Source: the human T2T-CHM13v2.0 reference genome, Homo sapiens. From it: a DNA stretch of 64,000 nt. How positions within the stretch are numbered: the stretch's first letter is position 1; the number at the start of each line of letters is the position of its first letter. This document shows, one piece after another, positions 1-15,948 of the stretch. The translations under genes were made by a program, and so were the position numbers. The DNA lies in NCBI RefSeq assembly GCF_009914755.1, contig NC_060934.1; one strand, 5' to 3'. The notes beneath the pieces are model-generated. The model was not told where the DNA came from. It was given only the letters and a program-made list of their open reading frames with translations, and made no database searches.

Positions 1-1010
1 CTAAAGTCTTCTCTCTATGGTCCCAAACAGTCTCTTTATGAAAGTTTATGATTTCTATAGAAGGAAACATCCTTCAGACGAACTGACCAATGGTACTGGC
101 AATAGAGGCATCTGATTTAGAAAGCCAGTTGGTATAAATATGGCCTTATCATATTCCTGCCTTCCTGGTTCTAGAATCCCCAGTGTATACAAATCTAAAC
201 ATGAATGCTTTCTTGCCCACAAGTATAAAGCAAAAAATGTTTCCTTTCTGGAACCTAAAGGTATACAAAAATTCTAGTCCTTCATTAACTATATTTAATT
301 TAATAATTAAGGAAACATATTAAAAAGCTAAGCCACAGGTAATTTCAAAATAGGGGAGAGTAAAACTCAGGAAAGAGAGGAGCAAGACTTATCTTTATTA
401 AAGGTTTATCATAAATTAGAAAAAATATGGCATAGTCTTTATATTTTCAGGCATAGAAATTTTGCCGGCATTCTGAACTACAAATGCTGCTGTTAAGATA
501 ATTTTGTCACTAAACAACAATATGTGATGGGAACAAAGCAAGATGCCAGGAGATACAATAAAGGCTAGAATGTAGTTTATAGCAAATTTGGCCCACTGCA
601 GTGGAATTGGTAAATGGCTTCTGGAAAATGTATAGCATCATAAAAAACCCCAAAGCCATGTTTCCTCTGAAAAATGTTAAACAAAGGTTTCAAACATAAA
701 AATGCTCATTTCCATATTGATTTTGATGACCAGCGTTAAATCAGGCAGTGTGAATGGCTGATGGACTCTGCTCCTCTGTGTCATTATTCTACCATTTCAT
801 TCTGAAGGGAATTACTGTATAGATGGCAGTTTGAAACAATTTTCAAGCCTCTAGATAGAGGGTTTTATTTTTTTTCTCTAAATAAATGTAAACAATTCTT
901 TTCTGAGAATAACTGTACCCAAAGAAGGTGGAAACTTGGGAATTCAGTATGATTTTAAAGAATAAAGGTGTTATTTCACTTGGGTAAGTATTATTTGGTT
1001 GAATTCTTCA

Positions 1011-1865
<855 letters not shown>

Positions 1866-2617
1866 AAATAGTAAATATATTCATAACAATTAAAAACACT
1901 TGTTTGGTAACTGCTCTCACAACATAAATTTTGTATGACCAGTAATGACTGGATTAGAGACTTTTGCTTGCAGCTATATGGTAGGATAGACAATTCTAAT
2001 TACTTGATCCTAATAACTTACTTAATTACCTAATAACTTACATGAAACGTTATTTTTATCACATTTCTGGGCTCTCAGTAAGTAAAGAGACTCATTGAAG
2101 GTGTTAGGTTGGGGAAAGAGTTGTAACCAAGTGTGAAAGACATTGGGCATCTAGACTTGAGTGGAAAAATTGAGGTGATGAGATTAAGAATCTTGATTAT
2201 ACTTGGGACCCTGGAATGGGGCTAATGTGGTCTGAGATCTGCAGATGTGAATATAAATCTTCGGTAGAAAAAAAAAATGCCTCACAAAAAGCAGCAAACA
2301 ACAAATATCAGATTTACATCCTGAAAAAAATTCATGTACTAGAGTGATCTAATATAGTATTTCTCTTTCTTTGTCTATAGATAGAGATATGGAATCATAA
2401 AATCAGAAAACAAAAATAATCATCAGGCAAATTCAATAAATAGTAGAAAAAAATATACATGTCATTTCCTATGGGCCAAACATTTTATAAGTTTCAATAC
2501 ATTAAATGATTTAATTCTCTAGTTATTGTCTAAGGTAATAACAATTTCCATATTTCCATTTTATTTATGAAAAGATTGAAATTAAAGGAAGTTTTATGTC
2601 TTATTAAGAGCCAAACA

Positions 2618-2938
<321 letters not shown>

Positions 2939-2959
2939 CTAAAATTGAAGAAATATATA

Positions 2960-3410
2960 TGTTTAAAAAAAGTTAACAAATGGATGAATCATCATATCAT
3001 ACACAACTGAAGAAAAGATTAGTGAATTGGAAAAGTTATCTGCAGAAATTATCTGGATTACAGTACAGTGAAACAAAGGCCTGGAAATACATAAATCTGA
3101 ATAAAGAATATGGTGGATAGAATGAGACTACCCATCATGTATACTGTCACATGCTCAGGACGAGATAATCGAGATAATAGAATAAATGACATATTTGAAT
3201 AGAAAATAGCTAGGAACTTTCTGAAACTTGTTAGAGACATGAGTTCACAAACAGGAGGCAATGATATATACCTCCAAAACAGTATAAATAAAAATGAATC
3301 CGCACTTAGACACACCTTAGTGAAACTACAGAATAACAAAGACAAAAAACAACCTTAAGAATACTAAGAATACCAAATCATGAAAGACAATCAGGTTGGC
3401 ATCAGATTCA
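2960..3410 (+). mobile_element. Ancient L1M ORF1-region fragment
   Basis: Motifs such as gaagaaaagattagtgaattggaa and cacaccttagtgaaactacagaataacaaagac resemble old L1 ORF1; boundaries approximate. Confidence 0.55.
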
Positions 3411-3549
3411 GAAAGGAATCCTGACTCTTAAGCCTCTTCTCTTCCTGTCTACTCTTTCTTCAGTCTTTCTTGCAAAAATGAAACACAATAACTTCATCTT
3501 AGATAAAATATGATGTTAGCATTAATTAGTCTATATATTTTTATCAGTC

Positions 3550-3790
3550 TTAGAATAGTGGCTAAAAGAACAGGCTTTGAACAGCAGATTTGCATTTTGC
3601 TATCAACCCTATAATTTAATTAGCCGATTATTAGCTTAAATATAATCAATTCACATAATCCCACTGAGACTCCATTTCCTCATCTGTACAATGCATATTA
3701 TTCCATGTACTGCATAGTATGGTTGTGGGATTGAGTGTGATAATGTATATACAATTTAGCATTCTTCTTGGAATGTATAAAACAATACAG
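3550..3790 (+). mobile_element. MIR SINE
   Basis: MIR core tttcctcatctgta...ggttgtgggattgagtgtgataatg. Confidence 0.65.
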
Positions 3791-3796
3791 GGAAAC

Positions 3797-3875
3797 TATC
3801 AGGTTGAATCATATGAAATTATCTTGTAGGTCAAAAAAGTTGAATATCAGTCATTTCACTTGGGTCAACTTAATA
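3797..3875. mobile_element. MADE2-like mariner MITE (~80 bp)
   Basis: Imperfect terminal inverted repeats tatcaggttgaatcatatgaaat ... atttcacttgggtcaacttaata, with TA ends. Confidence 0.75.
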
Positions 3876-4242
3876 GTAAATTGTGGTTTCAAGTTGAGAA
3901 AGAATCAAGTTTACTTTTAAATTCATATACAAAAAGAGACATACATTTTAATAAGGAAAAGAAGCTAGTTTACAATCAATCTTGCCTCCTACACCATTAT
4001 AGTCTGTAGGTTTTACTCTACGAGTGTCCGCTTGTTGATGATGTGATGTAATCTACCAGAATCTGACTTGAATAGAATATTTAATAAGTTGATAATCATA
4101 TAACTACTTTTATGATTAGACCATGTATTGGCTGCTCAAATAACAAAATTTCCTGGTGCTTCTACTGGTACCAGGGGATTTATGGTTTAGGCATAAGATT
4201 TAGGCTTGCATTTTATTGTGACTATTCTAAATATTTCTCTGA

Positions 4243-4783
4243 TGTGTCAGGTAGTCCTTTAAGGTGGCCACCATGACCCTTTCTTCCTGAGTTTGTGACT
4301 TGTTTGTAACAAACAGAAAACGGAAAAGTTGATGGGATATATTTGATTACATGTTCGTTACTTCACAATTCGTTACATAAGATTATATTTCTTGTCCTGA
4401 TGGAGTCTCTCTCTTCCTTGATGGCATTCAGAAGACAAGCAACTTTGTTGGGGAAATCATACAGCAAAACCTGTGGGCAGCCTCTAGGAGCTGACAGTGG
4501 CTTTTGGCAGATACAAAGAAGAAACTGAAGCCCTCACTCCTACAACCACAGGGAACTGAATTCCGCCAACAACCTGAATGAGCTTGAAAAAGCCTCAAAT
4601 GAATCCACAGCCCTGTCTGACACCTTGATTGCTTTCTAAGACTCCAATCAGAGAACACAACTCCAATCAGAGGACACAGTAAGCCATGCCTGGATTTCTG
4701 ACACACAAAAACCCACATGTGAGTATTGTTTTAAGCTGAGAACTTTGTTGAAATATTAATAGGCAACAATGATTAACAAATAT
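4243..4783 (+). mobile_element. MaLR LTR (MLT1E/F/G-like)
   Basis: ggaactgaattccgccaacaacctgaatgagcttg and gacaccttgattgc motifs typical of MLT1. Confidence 0.75.
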
Positions 4784-6499
4784 ACCTGGAAAATAAAGAG
4801 CTATCATCAGAGAGTGGCTCATGAAGGAAAAGAAAAAGCAGGTTATTCTTTCCAAAGCCATTCACAAATTTCACAACTACGCTAACTTTTCTATTTTGAA
4901 ACAGTTGCAATCTTAAGAAAATTGAATTATCAGGATGATCTTTAGAAGTAATCATTTCCATGAGAAAAATACCCAAAGAGATTCAAAATCCAGAGAGTAT
5001 GACATGTGCAGTAACAAGTTTGAGAGTTTTTTTTGTACAAGAATAATGTTGAAATAAGGTGGTTTTATGGTCATAAGTACAGTTTTTAAACTGCAACTTT
5101 ACCATTAAATGGCTTAATCAAAACTAACCAAAACAAATATACTCATCATTTACTCTTCAGAATATCACATACCTAGCTTCTCAGTCACCCCATCACCAAT
5201 GGCTTTGATCCTGCAGTTTTCTTTAGAGGCAGTTTACAGAGCCAAAGAAAAACAAATGAGTGGACCATTACTAATACTCTTCAACTGCACAGGAATCACA
5301 TTTCCTCTATTATAGCAACGTAACACATTGGTGATATAAAGTTATATCATTCAGTGTAAAGGATTATTCTGTGATTTTTAGTATATATTGTTCTAGATAG
5401 CAGGCATAAATTGGGTACTTTGTTGAGAATCTGCTGCCCAAGTTAACTGCAATATCCTCTTTCGTTAAATACTTCAAAGTGTCTTAATTGGCTCTTCTGT
5501 GAACATTCTGGGCTACTCACTGAAAGACACATAAGACTATACATGGAAGCAAGAATCTTAGAGGAAGCATTCAGGACAGAGAAGGGAAAGGAAGCTTGCT
5601 TTTTGCTGTCACTGCCTAGGCAAATGATAGAGCTTCAATTTGCTCTGAGAAAGAGAAATTTTGATTATACTTTTTAGCATTTGTCCACAAACAAGAAGCA
5701 AAACTTAGAAATATGTTCTTTTCCCAATCAAAAATAGAATGTTGAACGAATTTATCTGAGTAAGGGCAAGAGATACATTTCCTGACTCCATAGTCAATGA
5801 ACACAAAATAAATCAAAACGTAGCTCCAGAAAAAAAAAATTGGGGAAGAAATTCCCACATCTTATTGAAAAATGATGGGAAATTGGAAAGGGGCTCCTGA
5901 AAAAAAAAAAAGCCTGGAGAAATTGCTGAAGGGTCAATTGGGAAAATGCTTATTTTCCTCTTATTTCAGGGCAACACATGACAGAATCAATGTCATCTCA
6001 AGAGATTCCAGTAGCTGAATGGTTTATTTACATATTAAACACAAGTTGGAGGAATGAGTTTGGTCTTTGAGTATCCTGAATTTTACACTATTTACACATC
6101 CCCTCTTGAGGTTTTACTTAGTGTACTGTAAAGGCAAACAAAGCCTTGTCTATCCACAGAAGGACTCCTCCAGATCCTATGGGAAAGATCCAAGAGCTTT
6201 GTTAAACACCAAATAGTCTTTAAATAACAATCTTCTGATAACTTGATAGTAAACAGCCATACTTTAGTGATTTCCTAGTAAACATAAATTAATATACTAT
6301 ATCAGATTCTTTGGAAAGATCATTATTTTCTTTGAAAATAAAACAAAAACAAAAACAAAAGTCTGTAATTTTGTGCACAGACCCAACAATCTCATTTCCC
6401 ATTTATGACAGAATTCAGTGAATCATGCTTCTACAACACATTCTGCTTCAGGGCACACATCTAAAAATTAATCTTTCTGAGGATACAGTAATCATGACC

Positions 6500-6730
6500 A
6501 CTCCGGTGTCAATTACTGTGTATGGAGAATGTACTATGTGCCAAGTGCTCTGCTATTTCATTCAATATGTAGAAGGTTATTACAACAACCCATGAGGTTG
6601 CTGTAAGTATTTCCTCTAATTTTTCAGATAAGAAGACTTGGGCTGAGAGAAGTTAAATAACTTACCTACAATATCAGAATAAAGTTGGGATTTGAATGCA
6701 GACAATCTGATTCCTGAGTACCATTGTTAA
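6500..6730 (-). mobile_element. MIR SINE
   Basis: acaacaacccatgagg...ttttcagataagaagacttgggctgagagaagttaaataactt. Confidence 0.7.
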
Positions 6731-9290
6731 ATAGCAGATATTAAAAAAAATGTGAGTCAGTGTTAGAAACTGAATAATATCATCTTACATTTATTCAGGA
6801 ACATTTAACAATATGATTGCTTAATGAGATTCATAATTTTACTGCAATCAAATGCTGCAAAACTCAACTCCTGAATTAGATTTACGGTATGCTGCAAGTA
6901 GATGGTTAAAAACATGATCACATTGTAGATATTTACAAAAATAAATGAATAAAAATAAAAATTTGCACTATCATGTTTAGTAGCATGGAGAATTTGGTAT
7001 GGGAAGGTCAAGACAACTTCCTAGTTTGATGAGTTTTGTAAGATATTTCCTAATTAAGTGTGTGAAATTTTCATCATGTAATATTAAAGATCTCTCATAT
7101 ACAATTCTGCACAAAAAGAGGTCTGAAAATCTGAATTATTTTATAGTACAAATAACACAAATGTAGTTGAAATTAGCAAATGTTTAGTGACTATTATATG
7201 CCATTAAGTATATCAATTTCACATGCATCCAAACTTTAATTTTACTGTCCAGGAGGTGACAATATATAATAATAAAAATAATAATAATTTTAAGAGTCAT
7301 GAAGTAAGTACTATATGCCAGAATGAAAGGGAGAAGCACTAAAGAGATGGAAGATTTCATTCTGACTTAGTTAAGATGGATTCCTAGAGCAGATGTCACT
7401 TGGATGGGTTTTTAAATAGTAGAATTTCAACAAGCAAGCAAGAAGGTATCAAATGGAAGGAATATTTCATTATACTTAGTAGGTAACAAGGCCCCAGCAG
7501 TCAGACTGAAGACTCAAACATACATGGGCTCTTTGGGGCTACCCTCCCTCCTTGTATCTCATTTCATAAATTGATTTTCAGGCAGAGCCTCTTTAGTGGG
7601 GAAGGAACATACACAATGAACTATTGTGATCAAAACATAGACAAATGTGCATGACAAATTGGTAGAGATAGGAGGAACCAAATATTGAAGGAAGATAGAG
7701 ATAGTTTTCCAAGAACATTCATAATAAAGGAAGAGGACTAGCAGTAGGAAGCAAATACAACAAATGGGGTCTGAAAGATGAAGGAAAACAGTGGTTCTCA
7801 GCACTGCATTGCGATAGGGCCTTGAACTCAGCTAAACCCATCTAGCCTAACACCATTGTATACTTTGGAGTGAAAAAGGGCTGTATAATAAATTGTGTCA
7901 TTAAATGTGGCCAATAATCCTATCATGAAATTCCCCTAATTGGCACAGAGACTCTCACTTCTTAAGGTGCCATTGAGTTGTTTTAACTGTGAACATAGGG
8001 ATGAAATGAAAAGCGAGAAGCAAATCACGTAAAGATACTTAACAATATAATTCCATTTTATAAATCTCAAAAATGTACAGCTACATTAGATATTATGCAC
8101 TATATTCTTATCTGGCAAAACTATTTTTAAAAGAAATAACAAACAAACAAAAGCACTCATTAGTGGTTATCTTGGGGAGGCAGACTGTGGTGAAGCAGGA
8201 AGAGGAGGTCATCAACGAGGGGCACTAAAGGGGCTTCCAAAAATGAAGCAAGTTTTATTTCTCAAGCTGAGCCATAGGTAAATGGGTGATTATTTTATTA
8301 TCATTATGTAATCTTTCATGTATGATATATTTCATCATAAATAAATATTGATTTTAAAGGTAGCCGGTTTTATCTTTAAATGATATATATATGCTTCTCT
8401 AATTTTGTGTCCTACTTTTTATTCCTGTATAATATACTCTGAAAACTTTCCAATTTCATTAAAAATTCCTCAGTAAAGCATTTTTAATGTTTGGAACAAA
8501 ATCTATTAAAATAGAATAGATTCATGATATATATTGTTGGGTACTTTCCTAATTTTCATTGCTACAGTATCAGATTCATTTCCATTATAAAACCAGTGAC
8601 TGCTTCAGGGCCCACAGAAATGGGCACAATTGTAAATTCAGTAGGCTCAAATATATATTTTTAAAAGGCTATGTTTGTACATCTTTCTTAGCCTGTTGGA
8701 TGCGCAGCTCACTGTGTTGAGGCAGACATCTGTTGGTATGCACAAAAATAAAATATTGTTGTCTTGTTTTTGTATTTTTCATATCCAGAGAATCAAGTCA
8801 TAGCTTTTGCCTGAGGGAGAACCTCAAGAAAAATGAACTAGTGTGACGTGTGTTTCTGCCAAGCAGAAAAGAACATGGAAGTAAACTTATCTACATAAAT
8901 TAGGTCAGACAGCTGGTCCGAGTCTGCCCACTCAGCCTGCTAGGGGAGCAACCAAGCAAAAGTTAAGATTGCCAATTTGTTTCATTTTGTTTCCCTCTGG
9001 ATTTCAGGAGTTGATGTAGAAAAAAAAATCAGGAAGGAGGAACTGGAGATTAATCAACCCAGGGATAGTTTTTGTAACAGGGGAAAGGGATCGCTGAGAT
9101 AAATCTAGGGAGATGAAAACTGGGTGTAGAATATTTGAGGAGGCTTTTTGTTTTGTTTCACTATGCAAATGGGGAAAGAGTAAAAAAAAAAAAAATTAAA
9201 AACACACAAAATCTCAAAAATGTGAATAGTGAGGAAAAATAATCATCCATATGGGAGTATCCGTGACATTTGTAAAAATTCCGTGAACAC

Positions 9291-9591
9291 GGCCAGACGC
9301 AGCGGCTCACGCCTGTAATCCCAGCAGTTTGGGAAGCCAAGGCAGGCAGATAGCCTGATGTCAGGAGGTCGAGACCAGCCTGGCCAACATGGCAAAACCC
9401 CGTCTCTACTAAAGACACAAACAATTAGCTGGGCATGGTGGCGGGCGCCTGTAATCCCAGCTACTTGGGAGGCTGAGGCAGGGAGAATCGCTTGAACCCG
9501 GGAGATGGAGGTTGCAGTGAGCTGAGATGGCACCATTGCCCTCCAGCCTGGGCAACAAAGTGAGACTCCATCTCAAAAATAAAAAAAAAAA
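9291..9591 (+). mobile_element. AluS-type SINE
   Basis: Full Alu with A tail; degenerate TSD ending tgaacac on both sides. Confidence 0.95.
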
Positions 9592-10059
9592 GTCTATGAA
9601 CACTAAAAAAAAAAATAAGAGTCCCTTGTTAGTCTGTGTCTAAAAAAGAAACTAGCACTGGCTCTTGAAACAACATCAAGGTATCAAGCTCTGCTTCCTT
9701 CTGTCTCATAAAGCACATTGTTCTGAACTACCTTGAGATATCAAAAATGTGTCCAAAAACAGTTGAAAATCTGAATTATTATAACTAAAGGGTTATCAGG
9801 CTCAAAGGAACCTGAGTTTGAGGGTGGGTCATCTATTTGCAACAAAATATTTAGAAGTAGTTGAGAATCTGTCTTTTAGAGTAAGTGGATCGTTGAAAAT
9901 GCCTCCTCTTTTTGCCATCCTCTTCACTTGGGTAACGTCCTTAGCCTTTTTGGATTTAGGCTTTCACTTCATGTGCCCTGGGAAGTCATTCTAGACCTCA
10001 TTCCATTAGGACCTAGACATCCATTACTCTAAGTCTGTCACTGTGGGCTCTCTCTTCCC

Positions 10060-10160
10060 GAACTAACTGTGAGCTCCTGAAGAATACATACTTTGTACAT
10101 CATAGCATCTCACCACCCAGCATAGTGCCTGATGCATAATAATATTTGTTGAATGAAAAA
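10060..10160 (+). mobile_element. L2 3' end
   Basis: tgtgagctcctga...cagcatagtgcctgatgcataat...tttgttgaatgaa. Confidence 0.6.
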
Positions 10161-10879
10161 TCACTGAAATAGAAAGCATATGTATAAAAATGTTAGTTCT
10201 AGTGTACTGGGATTCAAAGGATCATCATGATCTACACTTATCAGTCTTAACTTGGAATTACCAGAAAGATAGGCTCAGACATCTGCAACTAATATTATTT
10301 TTAAAGAATAATCAAATATTCAGACAGGCCAGGCAGGAATACACACGCTAGACAGGCTTAATTCTGGTGTGGCGTTCATCATCAAACATACCTGAGAGTC
10401 ATGACAAAGTGAGTTTGGTTAAGTAGATATACGATTTAAAAGAAATACAACTTAACTGAGAGCTCATTACTGAGTATTAGTATGTGTAAGAAACTTGCAT
10501 TTAAAGGTACTCTGTGGCCTCTGTGTTTATGCCAATTTTGGTAGCAAGCCCATTTTATTGTAGGAAGTCACTATTTCATGGATCCACCATTTAACTGGGT
10601 CACATTGGGAAAATTATTTTATGCAAATCTTTAAAATGAAAATAATATTATGCTCATAGGGCTGTTACCAGGATTAAATGTAATGGCAAATGCAAATCAC
10701 CTAGCAGTACCTTCGATACATTATAAACCCTCCACGAATGACGCTTCCCTCTAACCCTTGAGAACAATATGTCAGTAGCACCTACAAACATAAAATAGGA
10801 TATCTCTTTTAATTGATTGTAATTTCCATTATTATGTTATTTTTGCTATGGAATAGGAAACTCTTTATTTTTGAATTTT

Positions 10880-13430
10880 TACACTGTTTCATATATTCTA
10901 GATGCAACATTTTTGAGGAGTATGATATGATATGCAAATATTCTTTCCCACTCTATTATGACTTTTCACTCTTTTAACAGTGCCTTTCACAGAGGATTTT
11001 TTTTAACTTCCAAGGAAATCAAATTATAATTTTTTTATGTCATTACTTGGTGTTGTATCTAACAATGCCAAACCAAAGTCACAAAAATTTATCCTATGTT
11101 TTCTTTTAAGAGTTTTCTATTGTAATTTAAAGCTGTTATCTAATTTGAGTCATTTTTTGTATATAATGTAAGGCATAAGTTGAGGTTCAATGTCTAATTG
11201 TTCCAGCACCACTTGATGAAAAGGCTAGTCTTTCTCCACTGAATTATCTTGGCATTTCCATCAAGAATTGTTTGATTTCTGAACTTTCCAAATGACCTCA
11301 TTGATCTATGTGTCTACTCTTTTGCAAATATCACTCTTAATTACTATAGTTTTATAGTGCAAGTCTCAAAATCAGGTACAGTGGATGCTCCAAATTTGTT
11401 TGCTTGTTTTGTTTTTTTTTTTTTTTTTTTTGGCTATTCTGGTTCCTTTGCCTTTCCATATAAATGTATTTTTGTAATTCTTTCTTTAGAATCAGCTTAT
11501 ATATAGCTGGAAAAAAATTCTGCTAGGATTTTGACTGGTATTGTAACAAGTTTATAGATCAGCTTAGGAAGAATTGATATCATCATCATATTGAGTATAT
11601 TCCAATAATGGAACATGATACATCACTCCATTTTTTAAGGTCTTCTTTAATTTCTTTGACTAGCGTTTTGTAGTTTCTGGCAACATATAGGTGCAGCAAT
11701 TATTTTTTTTTAGATTTATACTTACGTATATCAATTTTTGAAGTTTTGGTAACTGGTATTCTTTTATAATTTTGGTTTCCAATTGTTCATTGCTAGCACG
11801 TATAAATATAATAGATGTTTGGAATTCACAATCATGTCATCTGCACATAGAAAAATTTTATTTTTTCTTTGCCAATATATATGCCTTTTATCTTTCTTTT
11901 GCCTTATTGCACTGACTAGAACCTTTAATGTAATGTTAAAAAGGACCAGTGAAATAACTAGCCTTGTCATGTTCCTGTTGTTAGGAAGAAAGCATTCATT
12001 CTTTTACTGTTAAGAATGATGTTAGCTGTGGGCTTTTTGTTGATACCTTTTATCAAATTAGGAAAGTCCCTTTCTATTTCTAATGTATAGAGAATTTTTA
12101 TTATGAATAAAATTGGAAGTTCGTTGAATGCTTTTTTCTGCATCTTTGATATAATCATTTGATTTTTCCTTTTTTAGTCTGTTAATATGGTGGGTTGCAA
12201 TAATTAATTTTTGAATTTTGAACGGTCCTTGCATCCTTGAGATAAACTATACTTGGTTATACAGTTATTACTCTATATTGCTGGGTTAGATTTCCTAATA
12301 TTTTGTTGCAGGTTTTTGCATCTACGTTCATGAGAGATACTGGTCTGTAGTTTTGTTTTCTTCTAATGTCTTTGTTTAGTTTGATCCCTCGGGTATTACT
12401 GGCCTACTGAAATAAGTTTAGAAGTGTTCCATCTTTTTAATTTTTTGAAATTATATTTAATGTAATTCCTTACATGATGCAATGTTTAGTAGAATTAACC
12501 AGGGAAACTGTCCAGGCCTGGAGTTTTATCTCTTGAAAGCATTTAAACTGCCAATTTAATTTCTGCAACAGATAGAGGACATTCAATATGTCTCTATCTT
12601 CTTCAGTGACTTTTTTTTGACAGCTTTAAGATATAATTTACATACCATGCGAGTCACCCTTTAAAGTGTACAATTCAGTGCGTTTTGGTATATTCACAAA
12701 GTTGTGTATCTATCACCATAATCAATTTAAGAATAAGTTTATCACCCCAAAAAGAAACTCTGCGCCCTTTAGCCATCACTCTCAAATGTCCCCAGTCCCT
12801 CTAGGCAACCACTAATCTGCTTTCTGTGCTTATATATATTTTCCTATTGGAGTCTGCTATGAAATAACATTTTATATTAATGGAATCATAAAATATGTAG
12901 TGTTTGACTGGCTTCTTTCACTCAGTATAATGTTTCCAAGTACTATTATACTTGGAATAATGTAGTATGTATCATACTTTATTATATAGTATGTATCAGT
13001 ACTATTATACTCACTTTAGGGCTATTAATAATGATGCTATAAGTACGCATGTGTAAGTTTTTGTGTGGGTGTATGTTTTTATCTCTCTTAGGTATACAGA
13101 TAGGAACTGAATTGCTGTGTCAGATAGTAACACATACGTATATTGTTTAAAAACAGTCTGACCATTTTCCAGAGAAGCTGTACTATTTTGTATTCCCACC
13201 AGCATTGTGTCCAATTTCTCCACATCTTCCCCAACACTCCTTATTGTCTGTTCAATGACATTTAAAGGTACGTGTCCTTCAAGCACTTGGTTCATTTCAT
13301 CTAGTTCATTAAATGTATGTGCATAGACGTGTTTGTAGTATTTTATTATTATCCTTTTAGTGTCCATGGTTCTGTAGTGATACCCTGTTTCATTCTTGAT
13401 ATTAATAATTTGTATTTTCTATTTCTCTTC
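10880..13430 (-). mobile_element. Old L1M ORF2 fragment, interrupted by a nested L1 3' end
   Basis: Minus-strand ORFs 11764-12158 resemble L1 RT (LFNITLKVLVSAIRQKK, ADDMIV, KKPTANIILN); ORF2 homology resumes at about 13260. Confidence 0.8.
12611..13250 (-). mobile_element. L1MB-like 3' end nested in the older L1
   Basis: Poly-T followed by L1 3'UTR (ttaaagtgtacaattcagtg...); TSD-like ttca[g/a]tgac at 12602 and 13251. Confidence 0.75.
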
Positions 13431-15120
13431 AGTCAACAGGGGAACTGCTGCCACCACTACCTCCAAAGTGGACTGCATTTTCAAAGGCTAGGAGAGTTAA
13501 ATGAGTTTCATCCCATACCCCTAACCCCTGCTTATCTGTCCTCTGGCCTGAGAAAGTGTTTTGCTTGGAGGTTTTTTGTCCATGCTTGGTGTGCACTTCC
13601 CAGATTCAGCTTGCAGAAGAGTCTAAGCCAGGAAATATGGGGAAAAAAAGGGGAGTCCAGGGAACATATTATTGTATGGGGTTATCCTTCAAACTCTGAT
13701 TTCCTCTCCAGTCTGCCATTACTTTACAGAGTCCTCCAAGATTTGCTTTAAGTATTATGTCCAATGTTGTAGTTGACATCAGTGGAAGAGTTAGGGAAAG
13801 GTATACTTACTCCATTTTTAACTTGGGTTGGTGCCACAAGCTACCCAGTCCCACATATGACTTACTAGTCACATAAACTGCCTGACCTAGTGGGAAAATC
13901 TACTCACCTTTCTGCTCATTTTTCTTTCAAGGACACAATACTTGAAGGATAATCCTGAAACATTACAAGAACCTAAAGTATCTTTGCAATCAAAAGAAGA
14001 TTAAATCAAGTTCAGTATAATTTTAGTTGTCTCTAATTACATCATAATGTAATACAAATATTTTGACATCCTTTCCAGGAAGAACATACTTTCTTTTTAA
14101 ATTTAAATAATGTTTAGATTCCTACTTTTGTTCTTACATCTTCTACCTGGTCTTCTCTGACCTACAAAACTTATAAAACTTACAGTTGTATTATGCTCTA
14201 ATCTATTCCTTTTTGCCCCTATTCATTTTGTTCCTTAACATATTCCTGCCTTGTTTTATAAAAGAATCCCACTATTTAATATATCCTCAACCACAGTTAA
14301 ACAACTGAAAGATTTGAATCATGCTCTCCTTTTCAGCACTTAGTTTATTGGTATCCTCACAGCAAGTAAATATCAAATCAGTTTTGACTGAAGAAACAAG
14401 TAAAGTGAGCATAATCCTTCATTATATTCTCACCCTAAAATGGCAGAGGGGATAGCATTGCATCCAGACACTTATATGATGAGAAGCTGGAGACAGTTTT
14501 ACAGGCTCCTCACAGGTAAATGTTGATAGATAGGAGGTCGTAAAAAGGGACAGAACAGGAAAGTTTGCACTTACTTTCAGGGATTGAAGTCTACTGTTTT
14601 CTTTTTTATTATAGAAGGAGATGGGGGTGAGTGGATGTGGATTGGTTCAGAATATGAATTATGACTTGATTAGCCTCTCATTTCATAATGGTGGATAAGA
14701 AAAAGCTGGTGATCCTAAATAAGGCCTGATAATTATCTAGGAATATCAGGAATTAATATTCTCCTACAATTATGTTATAGAGATAATTAATAAGCTAATT
14801 TCTTAAATGTTTAGTTCCAGGGTAGTACTCCAAATTTTCTACAATTTGAGTATCCTGATTTCTGGATTAAATCATTCCCAGACAATAGCATCAATTAGGA
14901 GATACATGCATACCTCTGTTCTGTTTTGCATTAAAGGTTCACATCTGTCATCCCCCCCAAACATTCATTCTTCTTGAGAGAAAGAATTATGTCTTATTTA
15001 TTTTGTCTTTATTCATTATTTGATAGGTACAGTGCTTGTGCATCAGTATAGTTCAATGAAGGTTAAAGTGATCTTCTAATTGTGATGTAATTGCATGCCA
15101 TTGTACCAATCATCTTACTA

Positions 15121-15416
<296 letters not shown>

Positions 15417-15880
15417 TCATCTTACTAAATTTGTTCAGCATTTGAAAACTTTTAAAGCATTATATCTATATATAAAAACACTGAACTTTTTTTTTTTTAA
15501 ACTCAGTCAATTTCTCATCCCTCTATCATGTAGCTTTACATTATTCAATATCTGTACATTGAAAATAAGGGTTTCCACCTGTTTGGGAAAGAGGAAATCT
15601 ATGAATAAAAGTTACTCTCATATCTAATCATTTGTATATCTTCATTATAGGAAAGGCAATGGCTTAAAGTGAAGTCTTCCCCATTTTTCTGTGGGAAATA
15701 GATGTTGCTCATTACTGAACAAAAACCCAGGATGTATTTGAATATGACATCTGAATTTTAGAAATTTTCCAAAGTCAATGTAGAGATAATCTAAAACAGA
15801 TTATGCTGAATTTTTTGGACCAGTATGTGCTTTCCAGGTGGGACAGGGAAACAACTCTGAGGCTTACCTCTAATGTATTC

Positions 15881-15886
15881 TTTCCT

Positions 15887-15948
<62 letters not shown>

